Shown here piece by piece: positions 17,575-25,634 of a stretch of 53,857 nt of DNA. A program made the position numbers and the translations under genes. Location: assembly GCA_964499705.1 (NCBI GenBank), contig CAZCME010000027.1, forward strand, positions 1 to 53,857. The letters are read 5' to 3'. This stretch comes from an uncultured bacterium. Its GTDB lineage: Bacteria; UBA8481. Every line of letters starts with the position of its first letter. Positions within the stretch are counted from its first letter, which is position 1. The notes under the pieces were generated by a model, which searched no databases, was not told the origin of the DNA, and saw nothing but the letters and a program-made list of their open reading frames with translations.

Positions 17575-18074
17575 CCCCCACCAATAAATGCCGTCAAGAT
17601 ATTACGGTTCCTTTCATGAGCGAAGAGCATCAAGAAATACGTTTAGCATTACTTTTTCTCAATGGCAAGAACAACAATTGTAGAAACAATGTAAAATAAT
17701 TCCCCAGCGCTATCAACATTTAATGCAGCCACGGTCATCGCGGTTTGATAGACAACGCGAAGCCACCTTCTTTTCCTGTTCGGCCGCGCGCAACGACGAG
17801 GAAGCGGTGCCGATAGTTAAACAAACGGACCTACGCCACTTACGGCTTCCATCGCGGTCAATGCGATTCATGAAGCATGTCCGATGTTATGGCCACTCGC
17901 GGTAAAGAAGCCATCATCAACAGTTGATGAGAGAGTATAAAACTCATTCGCATGGAATCCACGGTTGCGCATGCCGCGATCATTGGCATTTGATAGATGT
18001 CTTGGAGCAGCTTCCTCGCTGTATTGGAAGAGCTTTCGCATCTGGACTACGCGCCATGATGCATCACTGTGCGC

Positions 18075-18190
18075 TTCGTCTAACGACTGGTCTTCCGACC
18101 GTTGGAGCGGCCATACTTGGTAAGAATCCGCATGGACGGTTGGATACACCCGAGATTTTACAGGTTTGGGCGAACATATGTTCGCCCAAA
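18075..18190. other. Candidate array-head (attI-equivalent) site
   Basis: Last TTCGTCTAAC core before the recombinase, without the usual right arm; followed by a perfect 26-bp palindrome TTTGGGCGAACATATGTTCGCCCAAA (18165-18190). Confidence 0.6.
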
Positions 18191-18309
18191 GGGGGTTATT
18201 GGGGGTGGGGCGGGCGTTGGAGGAGTATGCCGGATTGCTCTCATTTGGCGTGGCGAGAGGGGCGGAGATTCTTGGTTCAATATAGTCAATGTATTTCATT
18301 TTTGCTTGG

Positions 18310-19665
18310 TCATGGACGATGAATTCGCTGGGGGAAGGGTGGTTGGGGGGCGGCATGATGGATAGGATTGATGCCGTTTGCCTGGTTGTTCGATTGTGAT
18401 GGGACTGGATGGGCGGTTGTTCTTGTCTTGGTTGCCTGCGCTGCGGCCGCCGTTTTGCTGTTGGTCGCGGGCGCAGTCACGGGCGAGGTTTCACTGTCGC
18501 TGTCGTGGTATCTGTTGTCGGTTCTTCTCCGCTTGTGCTGGTCGGGTTCGTTCATGGTGGCTTCCAGGGGGCTTTCGATCGCGGCGATGCTGGCGGCGCT
18601 TACGTGGGTGTAGATTTCTGTGGTCTGGCTGGAGCTGTGGCCCAGCATCTCCTGGATGAAGCGGATGTCGGTGCCGGATTCGAGGAGGTGGGTGGCGAAT
18701 GAATGGCGGAGTGTGTGGGGCGTGATCTTTTCGTCCTTGATGCCCATTCTCTGCTGGATGATTTCCTGGAGTCGCTTCTGGATGGCGCGCTCCGTGATGT
18801 GGTGGTGTTCCTCGCTCTTTCTGGATCTGGGGAAGATCCATGTGGTGGCGCCTATGGCCTGGATGTGCTGCTGGATCGCCTTGTAGGCGGTCGGGGAGAG
18901 CATGACGAAACGGTCCTTGCTGCCCTTGGCCTGGCGGACCCTGATCGTGCCTCGCTCCGGGTCGAAGTCGGTGATTTTCATCCTGACCAGTTCGCTTACT
19001 CTCAGGCCCGCGGAATAGGACAGCATCAGGATGGCGCGCTCGTAGGTGCCCCTGGCTTCTTCGATCATGCTGGCGATGAATCTTCTGCTTTTCACGACGG
19101 GGAGACGTCTTTCTTTCCTGGGCCTGGGGAAGTTGTCAGGAACCAGGGGTGTTGCGTGGACTTCGTTGAAGAGGATCTTCAATGAGCAGATGGATTGGTT
19201 CACGTAGGAACGCGACGCTTGTCGCGTTGTGATCAGGGTGTTGATGTACGCCCTGATGTCTTCCGTTGTGTATGTTGCGGGGGCCTTGTTCGTTTGTTCC
19301 AGGAATCGTTTGGCATGGTTCAGATACTCCTTGATGGTCTTGGGGCTGTAGACCTTCATCTTCAAGTGGGTACGAAATCTGTCGATGGCTTCTATCTGGG
19401 GCCTGGTCAGGCCGATGGTTTCGTCAAGACCCCTTTTCCATTCCCGGAAGGCTGGATGTACCATGATGTTGGCGTTGGTTCGCACCTTGCGTAGAAACTC
19501 CAAGAGTTGTTCGCTTTCCCTAGGAAGGCTCCAGAGCCGCTCCGCGTCGTGCCGCTTGACACCTGGCATGCCGCGGAGCTGCGCCTCGAATGCTGGCGAG
19601 GCCTTGATGCCGATTCTTCCGGCGCCACCTCCAGGACCTAACCAGATCTGCCCCCGGCTCACCAT
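18310..19665 (-). CDS. Tyrosine recombinase (integron-integrase-like, lacking the IntI-specific insertion)
   Basis: SAM-like YSPKTIKEY domain; catalytic motifs AGLRVSE, KGSKDR, HTLRHSFATHLLESG, LGH, TEIYTHV; low-complexity C-terminal tail. Confidence 0.92.
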   Translation of the reverse strand: MVSRGQIWLGPGGGAGRIGIKASPAFEAQLRGMPGVKRHDAERLWSLPRESEQLLEFLRKVRTNANIMVHPAFREWKRGLDETIGLTRPQIEAIDRFRTHLKMKVYSPKTIKEYLNHAKRFLEQTNKAPATYTTEDIRAYINTLITTRQASRSYVNQSICSLKILFNEVHATPLVPDNFPRPRKERRLPVVKSRRFIASMIEEARGTYERAILMLSYSAGLRVSELVRMKITDFDPERGTIRVRQAKGSKDRFVMLSPTAYKAIQQHIQAIGATTWIFPRSRKSEEHHHITERAIQKRLQEIIQQRMGIKDEKITPHTLRHSFATHLLESGTDIRFIQEMLGHSSSQTTEIYTHVSAASIAAIESPLEATMNEPDQHKRRRTDNRYHDSDSETSPVTAPATNSKTAAAAQATKTRTTAHPVPSQSNNQANGINPIHHAAPQPPFPQRIHRP

Positions 19666-19671
19666 GGATAG

Positions 19672-19700
19672 ATTGGATGCCTAGGGGGCTCGTTTGTCAA
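19672..19700 (-). promoter_or_regulatory. Candidate recombinase promoter
   Basis: TTGACA (19700-19695), 17 bp, TCCAAT (19677-19672), 6 nt, ATG 19665. Confidence 0.5.
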
Positions 19701-19710
19701 TATATCAATA

Positions 19711-19750
19711 TCTCACTCTCACTCTCACTCTCACTCTCGCTCTCGTTCTC
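19711..19750. repeat. (TCTCAC)n hexamer tandem repeat
   Basis: TCTCAC x4 followed by degenerate copies TCTCGC, TCTCGT. Confidence 0.85.
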
Positions 19751-19770
19751 CTTCACTCTCATTCGCTCAA

Positions 19771-20448
19771 TCACCTTGTCGGATGCTTTGTTTGGATGTT
19801 TCGCCTGGTTGTGAAGCTTGAAATGAGCACGAATCCTGCGGCGAAGCCTCCGATGTGGGCCCACCACGCGACTCCTCCTCCGGCGCCGCCTGTGGCCCAG
19901 CCGCTGGCAACCTGCATGGCGAACCAGATGACCAGAAGGAGGCCGGCCGGGATGTGGACGGTTTCGTAGAAGAATCCGAAGGGGATGAGAGTCAGGACTT
20001 TTGCTCGGGGGTATAAAAGCAGGTAAGCGCCCAGGATGCCGGAGACAGCACCGCTGGCGCCGATTGTGGGGATTGTTGACGTTGGATTATGCGCGATGTG
20101 CGCGGCGTGCGCGACGATTCCGCAGAGGGCGTAGAAGATGAGGAACTTGATGTGGCCGACCGCGTCTTCGATGTTGTTTCCGAAGATCCAGAGGTAGATC
20201 ATGTTGCCGGCCAGGTGCATGATGCCCGCGTGCAGAAACATCGATGTGAAGAGGGTGACGGCTTCCCTCCGGATGTCGGCGCTGACGATTTCGCCCGGGA
20301 TCATGGCGAAGGACATCACGAATTGCTGGGCTGATGCCAGCGTGGGCAGCGTCAGTTCGTATACGAATACCAGGATGTTGCCAGCGATCAACGCGATGGT
20401 GAAGAACGGTGTCGTTTCCGTCGGGTTGTCGTCGTGCAGAGGGATCAT
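19771..20448 (-). CDS. Rhomboid family intramembrane serine protease
   Basis: MIPLHDDNP, SMFLHAGIMHLAGNM, IGASGAVSG, AWWAHIGGF. Confidence 0.95.
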   Translation of the reverse strand: MIPLHDDNPTETTPFFTIALIAGNILVFVYELTLPTLASAQQFVMSFAMIPGEIVSADIRREAVTLFTSMFLHAGIMHLAGNMIYLWIFGNNIEDAVGHIKFLIFYALCGIVAHAAHIAHNPTSTIPTIGASGAVSGILGAYLLLYPRAKVLTLIPFGFFYETVHIPAGLLLVIWFAMQVASGWATGGAGGGVAWWAHIGGFAAGFVLISSFTTRRNIQTKHPTR

Positions 20449-20507
20449 GACTCTGCTCTATTATGTCATAATCCCCGCTCTCACTGGTACGTCCGGCTCG
20501 ATATTCC

Positions 20508-21791
20508 TTAGATCCTCGCGGGCTTCGGAGCCAGGGTCGGCTGGGTCTGGGTTGCTTCGATGGGCTGCGGAGATTTCGTGAGGGCCGTGAAGATCATGCC
20601 CAGCACGCAGGCGGCGGCCAGGATGGAGAAGGCGTTGAGCCATGCTCCGGTGGCCGCCCTGACCTGGACTCCTACTATGGGGCCGAGTACCCCGGCCGCT
20701 CCCCAGGCGCTGTAGACCCAGGCGTAGTTGTTGCCGATGTTTTTGGAGCCGAAGAAATCGGCGGTGATCGCGGGCATCAGGGAAAGAAATCCACCGTAGG
20801 AGAATCCGATCAGGCTTACTCCGATCGCGTAGATGGTGAAGTTGTCGGCGTTCGGGAGGACAATCATCAGGGCGGCGATCTCGATGGCGAAGGCGAGAAG
20901 CACGGCGCTCTTTCTTCCGATCCTGTCGGAGATGGCTCCGAAGGCCGGGCGGCCGAGTCCGTTGAAGATCGCCAGGATCGTGACGGCGCCGCCGGCTACC
21001 AGCGGGGTGAGGCCGGCCATCTCCTGGCCGATCGGGGAGACCTGGGAGATGACCATGAGGCCGACTCCGGAGCCGATGACGAAGCTGCCCCAGAGGAGAT
21101 AGAAGGGGAGGGTCTTCATCATTTCTTTCGGCGAGAACTGGTGGCGGACGATGCGCCGGGATTCGTCCTCCACTTTCGGCGGTGTCCATCCCGGAGTGCG
21201 GTATCCCTTCGGCGGATTCTTCAGAAAAGCGCCGCAGATCGTGATGATCGTTCCGAATGCGGCTCCGAAGATAATGAAGGTATTGAGGATGCCGACCTTG
21301 TCGATGAGGATGGGACCGCCGATGCCGCCGATGATGGATCCGGCTCCCATTCCCATAACCACGAGCCCGGTCATGAGACCGCGCTTGTCGGCCCACCACT
21401 TGATGGTCGTGGCCAGTGGCGTGACGTATGCACCGCCCATACCGATGCCTGCAACGATGCCAAAGGCGATGCAGAGACCTGTCAGGGTGCCGCCGAAGAT
21501 CCCGGAGAGGATGAAGCCGAGGCCAATCAGAATGCCTCCGGTCATGGCGACGGGCTTCGGGCCGGAACGATCCTGCCACCTTCCGGCAAAGATCATCGCG
21601 AGGGCGAAGACGGCGATCGAAATTTGGAAGGGCATCGTCGCTTCGGCGGCCGTCCAGCCGTAGGCCGCTTCCAGAGGTTTTCGGAAGACGGACCAGGCGT
21701 AGACGTTGCCGATGCAGAGCATCATCAGGGTTCCGAAGATCGGATACTGGACGCGGTTGGGCTGCGTCGCCGAATCAGTGATATTTGTCAT
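20508..21791 (-). CDS. OFA (oxalate/formate antiporter) family MFS transporter
   Basis: 12-TM pattern; YAWSVF, GRWQDRSGPK, KWWADKRGL, NGLGRPAFGAISDRIGR. Confidence 0.9.
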   Translation of the reverse strand: MTNITDSATQPNRVQYPIFGTLMMLCIGNVYAWSVFRKPLEAAYGWTAAEATMPFQISIAVFALAMIFAGRWQDRSGPKPVAMTGGILIGLGFILSGIFGGTLTGLCIAFGIVAGIGMGGAYVTPLATTIKWWADKRGLMTGLVVMGMGAGSIIGGIGGPILIDKVGILNTFIIFGAAFGTIITICGAFLKNPPKGYRTPGWTPPKVEDESRRIVRHQFSPKEMMKTLPFYLLWGSFVIGSGVGLMVISQVSPIGQEMAGLTPLVAGGAVTILAIFNGLGRPAFGAISDRIGRKSAVLLAFAIEIAALMIVLPNADNFTIYAIGVSLIGFSYGGFLSLMPAITADFFGSKNIGNNYAWVYSAWGAAGVLGPIVGVQVRAATGAWLNAFSILAAACVLGMIFTALTKSPQPIEATQTQPTLAPKPARI

Positions 21792-21909
21792 AGTCCCCCC
21801 CTGGACGTGTAATCGCCGCCGCGCACTTGCGGCGCGAATCCCTGGTCCGTGTGGATTTTAATTTTTGTGGAGCCGAGCAGCTTAGCGAATCCTTGGACAA
21901 CTATCCAAT

Positions 21910-23229
21910 CTATTTTGTTCCGGATCGAAAGATCTCGATTCGTGACGAGGGACTCTCGTGGAATGGGGTGGCCAGAGCGATGTTGGCAGCGTGGGCGACG
22001 TTCGCCCAGACTTCCCATTCGGCTCCCAGCATGCGGATCGACTTCGACCAGGAGGAGTCCTCATTCGCTCCCGGCGGCGGGCCGGATGCACTGAGTATGC
22101 TCTCGTACAACGATAGCGCTCTTGCCGCAGTCGTCTTCAACGAGAAGGCTTGCGCGGTTTCCCAGGCCGAGTTGGAAAGATTCTCCCGCATGGCTGGGTC
22201 CAGATTCTCAAACCATTCCAGCGCTTGCGTGAATGAGTTCCTGTCGTCGCCTTGAATCAGTCTTCCGTTCTCTCCATCGCGGATCACTTCCCGGACGCCG
22301 GGGGCGTCGAGGCCGATCACGGGTACGCCGGTCGCCATGGCCTCCGCAAGCACCATTCCCTGCGTTTCGCTCTTCGAGGCGAAGGCGAAGATATCCATGG
22401 CGTGGTAGGCGTCGATGAGCTCGGTTCCATCCCGGGAACCGGCGAAGTGAGTCCTGGATGCAAGGCCCGCGTTCTGAAAACAGGTCCGCAACTCCGTTTC
22501 AGACGGCCCGGATCCAATGATGAGGAAATGTGCTCGCGGTGTCCGCTCCATGAATGCGCTGACGGCGGCGGCCAGGAAATTCAGATTTTTTTCGGGGGCG
22601 AGCCGTCCCACGTGACCGACGATGAATGCGTCCCGCGATATTCCCATTTTCGCGCGGAATGATGCTCCATCGCCCGCCTTGAATCTTCCGACGTCCACCC
22701 CCGTCGGGATCGCCGCGATCGGAGTGGTGACCCCTCTCGATTGCAGAATCCCAGCGACGCTTTCGCTCGGAGCAATCACGCGATCGCAGAGATTCGCGTA
22801 TCCGGTCGCGAGCTCGATGGCGAAGGCGCGGATGGGCGGAGAATCTCCGGGGACGTAGTGGGTGTACTGCTCGTACATCGTATGGTGGGTGAAGATGAGT
22901 GGGATTCGCCTGGCGGCGGCCTCGCAGAGCGCGGTACCGCCGAGGAGAAACGGGTGGTGGCTGTGGATCAGGTGCGGGCGGAAATTGTCGAGGGCGTTTT
23001 TAAGGAAGCCTGGAATCGAGAGACGGATCGAGAAATCACTCCCGCTGTAATGCTGGATCGCCGGGACGCGGATGACATTGTCCTCGTGCTTCGGCATATC
23101 CGCGAAGACGGGGGCGACGACGAGGACCTGATGGCCGAGCTCGCGATAGGCGCGCGTGAAGGATTCTACGGATCGAGCGACACCTCCGACGTGCGGCGTG
23201 AAGGTGTTGGACATCATGCAGATGTTCAT
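21910..23229 (-). CDS. GT4 family glycosyltransferase
   Basis: FTPHVGGVARS, HSHHPF, VGRLAPEKN, SETQGMVLAEAMATGVPV. Confidence 0.92.
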   Translation of the reverse strand: MNICMMSNTFTPHVGGVARSVESFTRAYRELGHQVLVVAPVFADMPKHEDNVIRVPAIQHYSGSDFSIRLSIPGFLKNALDNFRPHLIHSHHPFLLGGTALCEAAARRIPLIFTHHTMYEQYTHYVPGDSPPIRAFAIELATGYANLCDRVIAPSESVAGILQSRGVTTPIAAIPTGVDVGRFKAGDGASFRAKMGISRDAFIVGHVGRLAPEKNLNFLAAAVSAFMERTPRAHFLIIGSGPSETELRTCFQNAGLASRTHFAGSRDGTELIDAYHAMDIFAFASKSETQGMVLAEAMATGVPVIGLDAPGVREVIRDGENGRLIQGDDRNSFTQALEWFENLDPAMRENLSNSAWETAQAFSLKTTAARALSLYESILSASGPPPGANEDSSWSKSIRMLGAEWEVWANVAHAANIALATPFHESPSSRIEIFRSGTK

Positions 23230-25523
23230 GCGGAGAGCTCGATCGAACCCGCGGCGGGATCGACGGGGCGAGGCTTGCGCCCGAGAAGTCCCACTTCAAA
23301 GCGGGCGGGCAGGGCGCGCCGGTCGATCCAGCGCCAATCGACGCGCACGGCGTTTTCCACACGCCTGATCGCGACGGAGAGGGCTCCGAAGGGCGTCGGC
23401 GTCGGGCCGAGCGAAATGCATTTCTCGGAGAGCCATTCCTCCGGCACTCCGGCTCCGATGATGAGCCCGTTCTCCTCTTGGTTCCAACATTCCTCGCGGA
23501 CGAAGCAGTTGCGGATGGCGAGCACCCACTCCGCGGCGGCCCACGCATGCTGGCCGTCTCCCATGCAACCTCCTCGCGTCGCGGGATGAATCGCCTCGGG
23601 CCATTGACCGGTCGGCGAGGCGAGTGAAGCGACCGATCTGATGAGATCCATGGATCTCTTGTCGCCGGCTCGAAGGAGGACCTGGGCGACGTGGAGGGTG
23701 AGATACGCGTTGATGCCCGAGTGGATCATGTCCTGGAAGAAGGCTCCGTGTTCGAAGCAGTCGCGGATCAGATATTCAGCGGTGTCCCTCAATCGCGGAT
23801 CGTTGCCGGGCCAAAGCTGGAGAGGATAACCGGCCACGATGGAACCGATCGCTCCGGCGTCCATGCGGCGATCGGGCGCGGCGGGAACCGACCTTGGAAA
23901 TACGTGGGAGGGATTATTCCTGTCTCTCTCCGATCCCGACTTGTGCTCGTCGCGGCGCTCGAAGATCGTGGAGAGACTTGCCTCGATGACGCGGAGAAAC
24001 TCATCGGCTTTGCTTTTCCAAAGCCGGGAGTTTTCCATGTCTCCGGCGGCCGCCGATAAATGCGAGGCGGCTTGAAGACCGGCGACTCCCCAGAAATCAT
24101 CCCAATAGTAGAAATCGTTCAGGCCGAGATGTTCCGCGCTGAATCCTGCGGGAAGGAGACCCGCATGGGCAGCCCCCTCTGGAATTCGTTTTCGGAGGAT
24201 CCATTCCGCAGCCTTTAGGATGGCAGGCATCCATTGCTTTTTGGGAACGGATCCGGTTCGGGAGCAGAATCTCCGCATGATCCAGAGCGCTTCGCCGTTG
24301 GAATCCCATTCGCCTTCCTGCGAGCGGAAATAGCCGTCGTGCGTCTGGAGCCCGGGGAACGTGTCCAGCGCGCGTTCGGCGCGGGAGATCATGCCGGCCG
24401 CGATGAGGCCGTCGATGATGAAGGCGGCATCGCGGAACCAGAAGCGCTTGTACGTGTAGGGGCCGGGATAGACTTCGCCCGGCGAATGAAGGACGAGAGT
24501 CCTGATCGCGGCATCGAAGAGAAATCGGATGCTTTCATCCGGGATGTCCAGTTCGCACGTTCCCTTCAGGGCGGATGGCCACGTTGTCCTGTTCCTGATG
24601 GTGGGTGATTTATCTGCGCTGTCGGAAAGGGGAACGGTGACGGAGATTTCGCGCATTGTGCCCGGTTCGAGGCGATACAACGCGGCGGCGGTCGCGAGTC
24701 CGACATCGCATGTGATATCCAGGGCGGGAGAATCGGCGGGGAGACGGACGTGTACGTCTCCGTGGCGGTAGTCGGAGAAACGGTGGCGGTCGGGTTTGTC
24801 CGAGAAGATGATGCGCCGGCGATGATCGACCAGCCATCCCCTTTCATCCCTTTTTATCGCGTGAATGAAACTGACTCCCTCCGGATTATAGGGTCGCAGC
24901 ACAGCCACGAGCCAACCGGGGGATCCGGTCTCGGCGGTCCAGCGGATCTTCAACACGGGATCATCAGGATTCGGGAGCACTTCCGCTTCGGACGAGAGCG
25001 ACATTTTCGAGAGAGTTGTCGTTGTTTCGACAGCGAGGTTCTCTTTCAACTCGAGGCGCTGGATCGAATCCGGAGCACGCGACGGCACCAGTTCGTTTCC
25101 GTCATCGGTGACAATCCAGGCATCCAGCGACCAACCGTCCCAATGCGGAGTGACAAGGCCGCGAGGATCGACGATCGGGAGGGAAGGGCAGTCGGGAATG
25201 CCGACGGCGGTCCAGTTGCGGTGCGTCAGATTCACGTGCGTCACGGAGAAGGCCCGCGGTATGAAGGAGATGTCCTTAGGATCGAATTGCTTCTCCACCC
25301 AGAACGGCCAGATCCAGTCGAGGTTGTGCTGGATGGCACGCGTGTTCATGAGGCCGCGGGCATGGAAGACGACACCGGCGCGGAGCAGTTCGATCGGCTC
25401 TCCGACTTCCGAGGGCTGCGCGAACCTGTGGAGCCGGGAGAGGACGCTCATGGGATCGAGAAATCCGTGCCGGCGCGCGAGACCGCGCACGAGGAAACGC
25501 CATGGCAGCCACTTCAACCACAT
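23226..25523 (-). CDS. Six-hairpin glycosidase-like protein
   Basis: YKRFWFRDAAF, EWDSNGEALW, YYWDDFWG, GQWPEA, HAWAAAE; overlaps the GT4 start. Confidence 0.65.
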   Translation of the reverse strand: MWLKWLPWRFLVRGLARRHGFLDPMSVLSRLHRFAQPSEVGEPIELLRAGVVFHARGLMNTRAIQHNLDWIWPFWVEKQFDPKDISFIPRAFSVTHVNLTHRNWTAVGIPDCPSLPIVDPRGLVTPHWDGWSLDAWIVTDDGNELVPSRAPDSIQRLELKENLAVETTTTLSKMSLSSEAEVLPNPDDPVLKIRWTAETGSPGWLVAVLRPYNPEGVSFIHAIKRDERGWLVDHRRRIIFSDKPDRHRFSDYRHGDVHVRLPADSPALDITCDVGLATAAALYRLEPGTMREISVTVPLSDSADKSPTIRNRTTWPSALKGTCELDIPDESIRFLFDAAIRTLVLHSPGEVYPGPYTYKRFWFRDAAFIIDGLIAAGMISRAERALDTFPGLQTHDGYFRSQEGEWDSNGEALWIMRRFCSRTGSVPKKQWMPAILKAAEWILRKRIPEGAAHAGLLPAGFSAEHLGLNDFYYWDDFWGVAGLQAASHLSAAAGDMENSRLWKSKADEFLRVIEASLSTIFERRDEHKSGSERDRNNPSHVFPRSVPAAPDRRMDAGAIGSIVAGYPLQLWPGNDPRLRDTAEYLIRDCFEHGAFFQDMIHSGINAYLTLHVAQVLLRAGDKRSMDLIRSVASLASPTGQWPEAIHPATRGGCMGDGQHAWAAAEWVLAIRNCFVREECWNQEENGLIIGAGVPEEWLSEKCISLGPTPTPFGALSVAIRRVENAVRVDWRWIDRRALPARFEVGLLGRKPRPVDPAAGSIELSA

Positions 25524-25634
25524 GCATTCATTATAGCGAATAAATCGGATGGATTATGTGTCCTACGATCACCGAGGAGTGATTGATTCAATGGGAGGAT
25601 GCTTCTATATTGAGATACGCCTGAAAGGGGACCC

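Larger units (their letters stand above)
1..18190 (-). mobile_element. Integron-like gene cassette array, continues beyond the left window edge
   Basis: Repeated inverted-repeat elements with GTCTAAC/GTTAGAC-type cores separate unrelated, mostly co-oriented minus-strand ORFs; TA, GNAT and VOC cargo; tyrosine recombinase adjacent at 18310-19665. Confidence 0.88.

Noticed and set aside
17868-18356. 162-aa ORF downstream of the recombinase
   Set aside because: Crosses the head site and palindrome, is low-complexity and has no recognisable motif.
18310-19665. Gene symbol intI or xerD
   Set aside because: Lacks the IntI insertion, and its context and extensions do not fit housekeeping XerC/D, so it was left unnamed.
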